From assembly GCA_964016885.1 (NCBI GenBank), contig OZ024740.1, positions 354,950,001 through 355,014,000 on the forward strand: DNA of 64,000 nt, written 5' to 3'. The translations under genes were made by a program, and so were the position numbers. This stretch comes from Eledone cirrhosa (taxonomy: Eukaryota). Below the pieces are notes generated by a model. That model did not search any database and was not told the DNA's origin. It saw only the letters and a list, made by a program, of their open reading frames with translations. This document shows, piece after piece, positions 38,106 through 51,138 of this stretch; the stretch's first letter is position 1, and each line of letters begins with the position of its first letter.

Positions 38106-41100
38106 TATATGATGTTTATCATGATAGAACTGGGGCTCCTACCATTAAACAACCAAAGAAACCTCCTATGGGATGCATTTTCATATGAGGCCACTTAAAC
38201 CTACATTGGTGTGAGCTGTAAGTTTAATTTTTGTTACACACACACACATGCTCGTGTGTGTGTATGTATGTGTAAGCATGTATGTGTGTGTGTTTACAAA
38301 TATATATATTCATAAACTTTACTAAAAGAAGTTGGATTGTTTTGATGTACCCAAGTATTTAATTAAACCAGAAACTGAATTGTATTAAGAACATTTCTAT
38401 CAGAGAAAAATGATTTATTTCTTAGAATTTCCATAAAAGAAATTGTTGACATCACTCTCAGATGTAATCATTATTTGTAATTTTACCTTGATTCTTTAAG
38501 TCTTCAATTATATTTTCCAACCTATAACCTAAATTGAGTTTAGGATCTAAATATTTTTCAATATTACAATTAAACTTTAGAAACTGGCAGTTTTAGTTCA
38601 TCCCCATGATTTTATCAGTAATGTTAAATCATTGATAAAGGTGCATGGCTTAGTGGTTAGAGAAATGGATTGGCAATTGCGAGTTTGATTCCTGAACCAG
38701 GCAACGCATTATGTCCTTGAGCAAGACACTTTATTTCATGTTGCTCCATCTACCAGGAGTTGTGACTGGTAGATAGTATCAGCAATAGAAAGACCAATGG
38801 AAACATTGCTTCCTTGGTCTGATTTGATGAGCTCTACCTCACTCGGCAAGTGAATGAGGTCTGGGATATTGTCAATCATTTCTCCTTAGAACATCTAATA
38901 TTTTGATTTTATCAAGATTTTGGCTGAATTTATTTACACTTTGTATTTCATCAAGAAGGGGATGCATAAAACAACAAATTGTTATTTCATAATTTCAAAA
39001 TAGGTTTTTGATTCAAACCATTCGGCTGTTATTCTTCTAAAGGCTAGTTTTGTGTTTTTAGGAATTTTCAATGGGTTTTCCTCATCAATTAATTGTTTGG
39101 TATAAGCTATCTATTTAAATGTTGAGATAAAAAAAAAAACATTTGTGAGTTTCTGATATAAGAAATTTCAAACTTCTTGGTAGAGTCAGCAGAAGCACAA
39201 AACAGTACTAGCTAAAGTGAGTAACATCTAATTAAAATAATTGAAAACAATTTTTCGCTTTAAACTTTTGATAATGCTAGTTATGATGCTAGCATTATCT
39301 CTGCTAATAGCTATAAGCTGCTTTATATTTATTTATTTTTCTCATTAATTTAGATTTTAAAGCATTCATAATACTGACAACATCATATTGATCTAATTTT
39401 AACAGATGAAGATATGTTGAGAAAACTTTATTATATGTTTTACTGAAATATATTATAGCTATTATGACAGTGACTCACCCAGTAATAAACTAGAATTCTC
39501 ATCTCTTATATCACTGATCAAATGAACATTTATCATGTTTTTATAACTTCTGATCATTTTGTGATTTTACTATCATTAAAATAATTTTTACATATATCAA
39601 TAAAATCGCAATTTGTTATTATGCAACAATAGTTCATAAACATAGCAAGGCTTCCTTTAAGCCTAACCATTACATTGAATTTAGACACTAAATAATATTG
39701 AAGCAATGAGAATATTTTTCATAAGGTTGGCATTAATATGCTTTTTCTAATTTCATATGTTTATTAAATTGGAGTATTTTACATTTATTTCACACTTGCG
39801 AAATTTGCACTGAGGTAAATCAGTATTTCTTTCAACTGCTACTAACAATGTTTCTCAAAAGATTTATTTCTAAGCTACTTACTTCAACATTTTTGTTTGC
39901 ATTGTATTTTAGGTGTTATAAATATTGATAGTTTAAAAATTTAACCCTTTCATTACAGTATTCATTATGAAAAGAACTGTCTGTTCAATTAATTTTGAAA
40001 ATAACCCCAAATCTGGAGGAATTTGATAAATTAATGAAGGTTTTCATTAGTAAACTGATATTTAGAATATCTTAATTGTCTTTCCTCCCACCTAAACTGA
40101 AATTAAACTCATTTTCTAATTGCAGTGTTGAAAAGTGAAAGCTCTGCATTTATTTTGGAATGTAATATGATTGAAAAGTATGAAATATATTAAAAATGCT
40201 AAAACACTCAAAACATTTATTTACACATTCACACTTTAAAATAAATGAAATTGATATATATATATATACACATTTAAAAAAAAGAGAAAGAAAACAATGT
40301 ATAACAAAAATGATAAAATGCTTATTCCTTAAAATGGTTATTTTTTTAAAAGTTGTAATCATGAAAAAATTTCTACAAATCATCAGCTATTTGTAATTCC
40401 AAATGGATATAAAGAAACAAGGGATTCATTGGGCTATTTTCAGTCACTCAACTAGATGAGTGACTTATTCATCTTTTGTCTTCTATCAATGTCATTATTT
40501 TAAAAAGAAGTTTCATTATAAATGGGCTGTTAAAAAAAAAAAGAAATTGACAAACCATTGATGATTTGTAGTTCAATTTACTGATACCTGGCAAGGTGAA
40601 TATCCTGCAGCTTCTATAAGACTGCATTTTTAATATATATCATTTTAAGTATATAGTTCCATCTATTTAAGTGTTATATTGTTTTGAATATGTATTATTT
40701 TTAATATATAATTGGAAAATATAAAATTGGAAAAGGGACAATAAGTGTTTTATCATTTTTGATAGGTTTCATTTTAAATATATCTGATACTTTTCAAAAG
40801 ATTTACGAGTAAAAAATACAAAGCTTTTAATTATCTTAGTTTTGCCTTAGCTCTTTTGTCACTGTATATATAGTGAAATAGATTGCCTATCTGTTTCAAT
40901 TAATTTATAAAATTTTGAGGAATTTAATAAAATAACTAACTTTTGCATTATTAAGCTGATATTTAGAACATCGCTTAACAAAAAAATTCTTAAATAAAAT
41001 TATGATGGAAGATTTTTATATACGCATGGACACTTTAGAATGGACAGTGTTGTATCATAATTATGGACCAGTTTCAGGTAGGTTGATATCAGAATGGTTA

Positions 41101-41231
41101 TGGTTTCACTTGTCTAAATTTCAATGTTAACGTTGTAAATAGGGAGCTGATTTAGTTTCACTCTCAGTGAAGAATAATCGCTAATCAATATGCTTAGTTT
41201 GGAACATATTATTTACAGTAACAATAATAAT

Positions 41232-41420
41232 TGTTTCTACTTTTGGCACAAGGCCAGCAATTACTCAGTGTATTACTGGACTTTATTTTATCAACCCCGT
41301 AAGGATGAAAGGCAAAGTTAATTCCTTGGTGGGATTTGAACTCAGACCATAAAGGGCCGTAACTCTTTGCTGCAAAGCATGGGGTCCGACCCTCTACCGA
41401 TACTGCCAATCCACCACCCT
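41232..41420 (-). mobile_element. Same SINE family
   Basis: 15-bp TSD agtaacaataataat at 41217-41231 and 41425-41439. Truncated copies lie at about 41911-42007 and 49366-49460; older copies lie near 1860, 4310, 8390, 15755, 16785, 21780, 29275, 45700 and 59190. Confidence 0.88.
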
Positions 41421-42467
41421 ATATAGTAACAATAATAATAAAGGTAAGAAAGAATAGAGAAATATAGAGGGAAAAAAGAGAAAAAGAAAGAAGAAAAAGA
41501 ACAGGAAGGGGAGGGGATGGCAAGAGCTCTGGTGTCGCAGAGGGGTGAACGGGGTGGGTGATTGGACTTTGGGCCTAGGGCAAGAGGGTAGAAAGCTGCG
41601 GACAAGACAGCAAAAGCATTCCCGCTAATTGCAGGGTTATAGGTATAGGCTGAAAATTACAAGCACAATTGAACATGCAGTTGTCACAGCTGATTTAATC
41701 TATTATAAACATGTTACTTATAGATCATTGACTTGTTCAGTACATATCATTCACAAGCAAGTAAAATTATCAATCTTACAAATTTCATTTATAAGAACTG
41801 CCATTTTATGATATACAATTTCATTTTTGTATATAATTTAGCATTCAAACAATTAGGAAATAGTGTTTTATTAGAGTGCTACCACAATGCAAATAGAACA
41901 TTAATTCTTAAAATAATTGTTACTACTTTAGGCACAAGGCCAGCAAATTACCCAGTGCATTACTGGTACTTTATTTTATCGACCCCGTAAGGATGAAAGG
42001 CAAAGTGAATAATGATAACAAAGATGTTGGGATTACATTGCAGTTGTTTAATGATTCTTATATTTTGGGATAAAATCTGTTCATCAAATTGCAGAAACTA
42101 ATTGTGTCACTCTTAGCTACCATTTTTATAAGGATATATAAGGACCATTAACCAGCTGCAAAGTAACATCCCAATATCTTTATCATATTTTTAACAATTA
42201 ATGTTCCATTTACATTGCAGTAGTCTTTCAATAAACTACAATTTCCTACGTTTTCTACACAATGCTTCAAGTAAACTACAACACTCACTGATATCCACCA
42301 AAAATTTCCATAATTAATAATATATGGTGGCTTCCCTTGATTTGACTGACAAAAACTACCTTTTCTTACAAATCTGAATCATCCCCACAGTGGCAACATT
42401 GTGTTGCATTTTAATGTAAATACCAAATACAGCTAATTTGAAATTGTCAAATGTAGTTAGTCTGTAA

Positions 42468-42631
42468 CCCTTTAGCAGTTAAACTGGCCATAACTAGCCA
42501 CTCATACTGATGTTAAGGTATTGTTCTTAAAATAGATAATATCAAAATCTCATAGATTTGATATTATGTGAGATAAAGCCTTTACCACGAAAATACATTA
42601 GTAAATATAGAGTAATGTAAATGCTAAAGGG
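42468..42631 (-). mobile_element. piggyBac-type MITE, family A copy with internal deletion
   Basis: CCCTTTAGCA...TGCTAAAGGG|TTAA. Confidence 0.8.
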
Positions 42632-44100
42632 TTAAACATGGAGCGCTATTTCGTCCAATTAAGATTATAAAAACGTTAACAAAAACATAAAAACTACCTA
42701 GAATAAACTGGATTACTTTAAAAAAAATGAATTAGATTTACAGCCATCTGCTAGATGATTATTTTTATTAGCTATGTTGCTTAAAATTAGCTACATTGGT
42801 ACCAACATTGTTTTTGTATTTGTCCACTCTTGGCTTAAAAATAATTAGATTAATTATTTGACATCCTTTAAACATTCACTAATCTTCATTATTGTATCCA
42901 TGATTTCAATGTGTGGTATATAAAACACATTTTATTTTGTTCTGTTTATTCTTTTGTTGTATTTTTTTTTTTTGTTCTGATCACTTCAACTACTACTAAA
43001 ATAAGTTACTACACCTTGAAATCCTTCTTTTGTCTTCTACTGAAACTACAAACCAAAACTAATATAAAGCTTCTGTATGAAGTGATAAATCCAGTTATAA
43101 ACTATTAGAAATGATGTCTTCAAAGGTTTGTAAGTGTTAGCGATAATCTTATGAATGTTGTCAGACACAGCTCATTCTCTTGTGCCTTAACTCTTAACAT
43201 CCTATTATGATTTACCAGAAAATATTTAAAAAACAGATTTGTCAATTGAAATGTTTATGATATCTATACTAGTAGACAGATCGATGTGAAAATTTGCAGT
43301 ATTAGGATAAAGGTTTTAACTTTTCATGTGATGTAATTATTTTTTTTTACTTTTCAAGAATGTTCTGCTAATGCTGTTTCATGTGATACAGTACATCAAA
43401 AGTTAAGCATTAGCTTATGAGCTAGAGATTATTTTAACATGCAGTTAATCCCTGCTTGTGCAGTTCTATATTTAATTTTGTATAACAAATTTACATTTTG
43501 TATCAAATACTACATGGGCTTACATGGTAAATAATAGTTAAAAAGCTTAAAACACTCATAAAATGTTTATGACTAATATGTCAAAGATATATGCTGTTCT
43601 AAAATTTCCTTTAAATAAAATCTATCATAAATTTAATCTTATTTCAAGATTTATTTTTACGTAACAGATTCATTTACCATTTTATTATTTCATGTATTTA
43701 AAAAAATATATTTTTTTTTATTTGTAAATTATAAAGAAGAAAATAAACTACTAATGAAATGAAATAAAATATGTAATCTTGATATTTTTGTATTTTCCCT
43801 TTAAACTTGTATTTCCTTAGACTATTAAGTTTTCAAGTCAGCATTGCTATTTCATAAACACACACCCACACTCGCACACTATTTGAGAGATAGGGGATTC
43901 ATAGAAACTTCTGTTGACCTTTTCCCCCCATCTATAAGGGTATATTATCCAATTTTCTCAACTATTATTCATAGAAGCTGATTGTTATTAGTCATTTTCT
44001 CCCTGGGGATGCTCACATTTTTAAATTTCAAAAATTCTCTCAGCATTCTGTAAATCATAAGTTTATTTTTACACACACACACACACACACACACATGCAC

Positions 44101-44185
<85 letters not shown>

Positions 44186-44196
44186 TCTGTTTTCAG

Positions 44197-44341
44197 AGTT
44201 CAGTTTTCATCAGCTCTTCAAGTTTACAGGGTGCTTGTTATACACATCGAAAAATTTGCAACATTCTGCTTTCAGCTTATGAAAGTTTACAGGAAACTTT
44301 TGTAAGCTATAGCAAATTAATGTCGAACCTACCCACTGTTG
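44197..44341 (+). CDS. FAM135A: FAM135-like exon (SSVFISSSSLQGACYTHRKICNILLSAYESLQETFVSYSKLMSNLPTV)
   Basis: ctgttttcag acceptor and G|gtaagt donor; 145 nt, phase 0 to 1. Confidence 0.88.
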
Positions 44342-44609
44342 GTAAGTATAGGTCTATCATTCCAATGTATGTTTTATTCATTCTTTCTCTTAGTGAAAGA
44401 AGCCTAGAAGATTCAATTTTCAGCATCCATATCTTACTACCATATAGCATCACATTTCTTACGTGTTTTCTTTAGTTTCCCCTTTGTTGCCTGTAAATAG
44501 ATAATATAGTTCACGGGCATTGCACTTTAATCATTTCAGCCAGAATACCTAAATATAATTTACTTTGTCTCTAGTTTTTGTAGGTATTGCATTGCTATAA
44601 CTTAACCAT

Positions 44610-45345
44610 TCTCTTCTTCCTTGCCCTCATATTCCTGGTAGGGTCATGGAGTCAGTCTTCAAACACTCCTTCTAGCAGGTCCTGTCAGAAAGAACTGTCT
44701 CCAATTGATCCAGCTAGATCCTCAAGCAAGCCCAGCTGAGATCATGGATGTTATCCAAGCATCTTGCTTGGATTCTATCCCAGGCTCTCCTGCCAGTTGG
44801 TTTTATCCATCTCAATTTGGAGAAGTAGTGGCTCTACCTGGAGTGACTTCCTGATCTCCAAGCTATGCACTCTATCAGGTAATGTTACTCCAAAGACACT
44901 TCAAAGGAACCTCATTTCAGTCGCTTATATTTGTGATCATATTCTTTTGGTTATTACTCAAGATTCATAGGTAAGGGTTGGCACAATTATTGAATTGAAG
45001 ATAGGGAGTTTGGCTTTTACACCTACCTTCCTTACACCGATGACTGAATACTGAAGTTGGTGCATTACTGCTCCAGCTCCTGCAATTCTTACCCTTAATT
45101 CAGCTTCTTGCCTTCCGTCACTCATGTACACGGCCCCGAGTTACCTGAACTTTTCCACCTACTTCAGTAGAGCTCCACTCATATGTAGAGTACACTGTGC
45201 AGGCTTCCTTGAGAGATCAAGTGCCAGTCTTTGCAGCACTTATATTCATTTCTGCTCTGCAACACTTCGTAGCAAACCTATCAAAGTGCATGCTGGAGAT
45301 CACTTTCTAACAAGTCAAGTAATACCATATTGTTTGCACCTGCCA
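44610..45345 (-). mobile_element. Second RTE family, older fragment
   Basis: Reverse-complement homology to 11990-12370; minus-strand VEKFR.LG RT-type motif near 45140. Confidence 0.75.
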
Positions 45346-46247
45346 ATCTTGATACAACTTCCAACCCAAATTTAACTCTTAGCAGAAAATATTTGAAAAT
45401 AGGTTTGTTAATTCAAATGATTACAGTATCTTTACTAGTGGACAGGTTGTTGTAAAAATTTGCAGTATTAGAGTAAAAACTTATTTAAAAAATTTAATGT
45501 GATGCTGTCATAATATTGTTTTTTTGTTTTACTTTTCAAGGATGTCTTGCTCATGTGGTTTATTAATTAAAATGTTTATAGTATATTTACTAGTGGACAG
45601 ATCAATATCAAAATTTACCATATTAGATTAAAGACTTCAGTTTTTATGCTTTTCAGTATTGTCTTACTTATGTGGTTTAGTGATTGTATAAGATTGGCTA
45701 GGTGGTGATTTTGGCAGAGTCATTAGAACGTTGGATAGAATTCTTTGTAGTATTCGTTTTGGCTCCTGCCAAGGTCAACTTTGCCTTTTATCCATTCAAG
45801 ATTGATAAAAAGAAAATATATACCAGTCTAGTATTGGGGTCAATTCTTCCTCTATATCTCTTTCTCATTTCCATTCTCTCACTCTCTCTATCCTTCCGTG
45901 GAAGAAATCTGCTGTATTCAGACCTGCTAAGTTTAAACATACCCTAGAAATGCTGAATGTTAATGCAGCACCTCTACGACTTCCTCAGGAGTTATGGGAT
46001 CATGTATGCATAAGATTGGCTATATGAAACCTTTAGGTATAGATTACATACAACAACATATACACATGTGTGTGTTGCAGTTAACATATTTCAAATACAA
46101 GTATATATTAATGCCTTATATTTTATTATATTTCAAGTTAAAATATCTTTTTTTTTTTTTTAAATGGAGTGTTATGAAATATGAAAATGGGTTGTCATGA
46201 ACTATAGTTTTAGTGGAAATTGTTATTAGCTTTTTTTTTGTTTTCAG

Positions 46248-46297
46248 AGATGAAAGATTGTCATACCAAACTAGAGGAATTAATGAAAGTTTTACAG
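46248..46297 (+). CDS. FAM135A: FAM135-like exon (EMKDCHTKLEELMKVLQ)
   Basis: Long T tract plus cag acceptor and CAG|gtaaac donor; 50 nt, phase 1 to 0, bridging the neighbouring exons. Confidence 0.85.
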
Positions 46298-47435
46298 GTA
46301 AACAACTATTTATCTCTAAATTCTTTTCTAATATTATTTTACTTTTATGGTGGACAGATTGTTAGAATAATGTTCAGTATTATCTCTTGACACACTGTAA
46401 TGATTTTGCAGGAAAGATCTAAAATAAATTTATTACTGTATATACTTAAATATAAGCTGAGAAATATGCGACAAAAAATCAATGGCAAGATGGGGCTCCA
46501 GCTTATATCCGAGGTCAATATTTTGCTGATTTTCACCAACTTCAAATTCTACGTAAATAAGGTGCTAAAATATCTGAAGTTATTATTTTACAATGAAACA
46601 CTGTTTTTCTACATTTATTACATCATCATTAGAGTTATTTATGCATTTTCTTGAATATATTTCCAACAAATTTTCATAATTTGAACTTTTACATAAATAT
46701 CTCATACACATACTTGCATGCACACGCACACATACATGCACATAAAAAAAAATGTTTTTCTCTGACTTAATATTGCTTTTTCTTTTAATCTTATGTTAGA
46801 TTGAAATCTTACTTGACTTGTATTTTATTGCTCACACTCTTGCCCTCACTTTTTCTCTCTTTGCCTCTTTCAATTGCTGTCTCTCCCTCCCTTTTCTACT
46901 CTATGAACCCCAATACAAAGTTTATTCATTCTCTTACTTTCAAAGTATTCCCAGTATGTGAGTGGCTGGAAATAAACAAAAATTAGGGAACCTTGTTGAA
47001 ACTTAATGTAATGGAAACGTATTATGTAATGGAATTGTGAAACAATAACTATACTCTAAATGACACTTAAAACATTTTAAAACTTCATAAATATATTTTA
47101 TATTCATGAGAATTTCAAATGCACGCCATCAAAACAATGTGCTAATTAGCTGCCTCAGCCTATAAATGGGGTTTAGATTTTTGCTCATTTGTCAGACGTA
47201 AAATAGGAAGCAGTTGTCTTATATTCTGATTGACTTATATTCAAGTATATACGATAAATTTGATCTTCTGATGTATAAGCATGTGAGCTAAGCACTTCAG
47301 CCATGAGGATTTTATAATTTTAAGTAGTAGATTTTGAAATGGATCAAGAAGATTGTAAAACAGTATTTATCTTGTAAATAATCTGTGTCAGCAACAGCAA
47401 CTTGTATTAAAATAATATTTATGTTTTGTTTCCAG

Positions 47436-47591
47436 AAATTTGATAATGAGGAAGATCTTCTGGAACGGGCAAGTACTCATGTAACACAACTGTGTGCTGA
47501 GAATGTCATTCTGTGGAACCAGTTCTTGGACACTATCAACCTAGATTCTTTTGTTATCTATCAGCTTGCCACCGACCACCATCACCAGCGG
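47436..47591 (+). CDS. FAM135A: FAM135-like exon (KFDNEEDLLERASTHVTQLCAENVILWNQFLDTINLDSFVIYQLATDHHHQR)
   Basis: gtttccag acceptor and CGG|gtagga donor; 156 nt; QLC...LW.QFL motif. Confidence 0.93.
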
Positions 47592-48101
47592 GTAGGAAGT
47601 TTAATCTCTAAAGAATGAGTTTCTTGATTGTTCTGTCATATCACCATCTTCATTATCATCACCATCACTGTGAGAAAGATTTGGTTTCTATTTCTAGCAG
47701 GTTGGGTGAGTTGTATAGGAGCTCCTTTGTTCTCTTGTACAATGTCATATTGAAACTGTAGACAATAGCTGTGTTAAAATTAACCTCTCCTCCCCTCCTT
47801 CTCTATTTAAAAATCTACCATTACCCCTCCTCCATACCAGTGCCTCTTCTGTCGTAATCTCCCATTACTGACTCTTTTTGCCACACCAAGGTCACAATGA
47901 CCACTCTCGTGTTGGTGCTATGATAAGATGGACGTTCTGCACTTTATAAAGTGGTTGGCATTAGGAATGGCATCCAGGTGTAGAAATTGAGTAACAAATG
48001 GAATGTATGGGTAAGATGTGGTCCCCCTGATCTATCTAATCTCGGACCATAACACCCTGTCTAACCATGGAAAATGGCAGACATAAAATGATGAAATAAT
48101 G

Positions 48102-48137
<36 letters not shown>

Positions 48138-48183
48138 ACACACATGCACACACACACACATGCTGTTTATTTTTATATTTCAG

Positions 48184-48257
48184 GTAAAACGCTTTGCTGA
48201 GGGATTTTTTAACCAAGACCATGCTAAATTGAAAAGTCTGGAGACATATGAACCCAG
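48184..48257 (+). CDS. FAM135A: FAM135-like exon (VKRFAEGFFNQDHAKLKSLETYEP)
   Basis: atatttcag acceptor and AG|gtaatt donor; 74 nt; V.RF.E.FF motif. Confidence 0.93.
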
Positions 48258-48459
48258 GTAATTTAGATATATTTTATATTTTGTCTTTTACAATTTTTAG
48301 AATATTTTTAGCTTTAGGCTCATAAAGAAGTATTTTTTCTTTCTATGATCGGATCTCAGATGTGAGGAAATCTTTCTTCTGTGCCAATAAACAGAATGTT
48401 TGTGTTTTTGTTTCAATTTTACAGAGATTGCTTAGAAAGAGGTTTCTTTCTGTTCTTTT

Positions 48460-49350
48460 AAACCCTTTTAGTACCAAACCATCTGAAACTGCTTCTGGTT
48501 TTGGGTACTGGTAGCAGGTGACTACCCGACCAGGGAATGCGTCCCTTCTGCAAGAAATGAAAGAGCAGATGCTTCAATCTGATGATGCATGAATTGAAGC
48601 ACAGCTTGGCAGTCAGGCAGTAATATATGATGGAGGCAATGTATGCTTTTGCTGCCTCAGCCGGACCTTTCTGTGTTAGTTTCTTCTTGGTCCATTTCTG
48701 GGTTTGATTGGCTACCCTCTTCATTACCTTGTCCCAATTCCTATTCATCTGGAGCAACTTAACTGTTCTGTCAAACCCAGAGCAACTTTACTGTTCTACC
48801 AAACCCAGGGCAACTTAACTGGTCTGTCAGTACCATATGATGCTGTTGGATAGCATTGATTTGGCTTTCCAGATGAGGAGCTGCAAACCCACTGACATGC
48901 CCAGGTAAATTCTTGCTCCCATCAGTGTTATATAGTCCTTTAGAAAGGTTCCAGTCACTTTGATTTTTGAAGTCTTTGACATCACCGTGATGTTGTCTGC
49001 ATATGCTGATGCAGCTCTTTTACATAGTATGTCTGTGGAAGTGGCTGGAGATCCAGCATTTATAAAAGGGAGGAGAAAGGGCATCCTTGATGGACTGAGT
49101 GTGTGATCTGAAGTGGTTTTGATCAGTGACCATTTACTCTGACCACCGAGCAGATGCTGCTGTGTATTGAAGTGATCCAGCTTCTGAAGACAGGAACTAA
49201 AGCGGCTGCCATGAAGACAAGTAATCAATGGTCAACTCTATTGAAAGCCTTTGATTAGTCTAAACTGCTCAGAGCCCCACTGAAGCCAGGTTGACTCTCT
49301 ACTCTCTCTATGATGTATTACATGAGGTGGAAGTTGTCGTCGATAGACCC
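48460..49350 (-). mobile_element. Decayed L1/Tx1-like LINE reverse-transcriptase fragment
   Basis: SAYADNITVM and KWTKKKLTQKG..AKAYIASIIYYCL motifs. Confidence 0.65.
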
Positions 49351-49890
49351 AGTAGTAGTAGTCTTAATAATTGTTTCTACTTTTGGCACAAGGCCAGCAA
49401 TTACCCAGTACATTACTGGTACTTTATTTTATCGACCCCGTAAGGATGAAAGGCAAAGTTTTGATTTTAAGACTAAAGCTATTATTCCCCTTCATTATTT
49501 GAAATCCCACATCTGCTGAATTTTATTGTTTTTTTTTCAAGCTGAAAATGTTACTAAAAACAATTACTCTGGAATGGAATAAGACACTTGGATAATTACA
49601 ATCAGACTATTTTATTATTATTCAGAAAATAAACTACAAGAAGCATCTATAAATTGTTAGATGTTGCTTGTGTGTTTTTGTATTTTTTAAAGAAAGTAGT
49701 TTTGTCATTTGAGATTATAACCATCTTATTTTACCATCTTGTTTTCCTTATATAACGCAGAAGCACAATAAACAAAAACAATTAATGTAATCTGCCATTA
49801 TACACACTTTGTTCAACAACCTACCTTTTATACACATAACTAATCTTCTCTGAAATTTCCCAATAACCTATAATGAATCGAGTAAATTAA

Positions 49891-50111
49891 CCCTTTAGCA
49901 TGTAAACCGGCTGTATCCGGCCAGAATTCTCTCAACTATTTCTGTTCAAACCGGTTTTTTAACCGGCTGTTTATACTTGTGTTAAGGTATGGTTTTCAAA
50001 ACAAATAAAATCAAAATCTCATAGATTCAATATTATGAGATAATTATGTGAGGTAAAGCCTTTACCTTGAAAATACAATAGTAAAAACAGTGTAATGTTA
50101 ATGCTAAAGGG
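49891..50111 (-). mobile_element. piggyBac-type MITE, family A copy
   Basis: TTAA|CCCTTTAGCAT...ATGCTAAAGGG|TTAA. Confidence 0.85.
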
Positions 50112-50441
50112 TTAAAATGGAAAATTTGGTTTCATTGTAATGACATATGATGGTCATATATCATCTGTTGATTGTGAAAGGCACCCACAATGTGGCTATA
50201 TGGTAAAGGAGTTCATTTCAAAACAATGTGGTTTCAGGTTCACTCTCATTGTGTGGCACCTTGGGCAAATATCTTCTATTATAGCCTTGGGTTCACCAGT
50301 AACTTGTGAATGAAATTTGTATGTGTGTATACTTGTGTTTATGTCCTAATATTTAGTGATTTGACAAAAAGAGATCAATAAAATAAGTACCACACTTGAA
50401 AAAGTAAATACTGGGATCAATGTGATTAATTAAATCACTAA

Positions 50442-50638
50442 CCCATTTACATTACTCTATATATACTATTGTATTTTTGCAGTAAAAGCATAATTATCTC
50501 ATAATATTGAATCTATGAGATTTTGCTATTATTTTGCGAGCAACACCTTAACATCAGTATGAGTGGCCAGTTACAGCCTGTTTGAACAGAGAGGTGAGAG
50601 AATTCTGGCTGGATATGGCTGGTTTAAATGCTAAAGAG
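50442..50638 (+). mobile_element. piggyBac-type MITE, family A copy
   Basis: Homologous to 6317-6532; ends TAAATGCTAAAGAG|TTAA. Confidence 0.8.
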
Positions 50639-50974
50639 TTAAAGCAGTGCCTCAGCATGGTTGCTGTTGAAGAATTAGTGAAGTCATGCAAGGAAAGAAA
50701 ATATTAGGCTTCACAGATATAATGCAACACACTTCTATCAAAGTTTGCCATGAGTGGGGTGGAGTGTGTGGTGGGGGATTTAGTAAAGAGTTTATAAAAA
50801 ACGCCCTCAAATATGTCCCTTGTGAAAAAGTGCTCCCGTCTCTCCAACTATGCATTAAAGCCTGCAAACAGGACTACTTTCAACCAACTTGAAAAAAATG
50901 GATGTTGGAAAAAAAAAATATATATATAACAATGATGATAATGCTGATGATAGCTTTCTTTATTATTTTCATAG

Positions 50975-51138
50975 CATTCACAGCCATACTGACTGTGCAA
51001 CAATGGTACGGAATTCTCCTTATTTTCTGAACTTGCCACCACTTGCTGCTGAATGTGTTGAGCTTGATGGGGACCACACTACACTGCCTATAATATTTGA
51101 AGATGTTTACTTTGATATCAAGTTTCCAACTTGTAAAA
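50975..51138 (+). CDS. FAM135A: FAM135-like exon (IHSHTDCATMVRNSPYFLNLPPLAAECVELDGDHTTLPIIFEDVYFDIKFPTCK)
   Basis: ttttcatag acceptor and A|gtgagt donor; 164 nt; LPPL..EC.ELDGD...LPIIFED motif. Confidence 0.95.
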
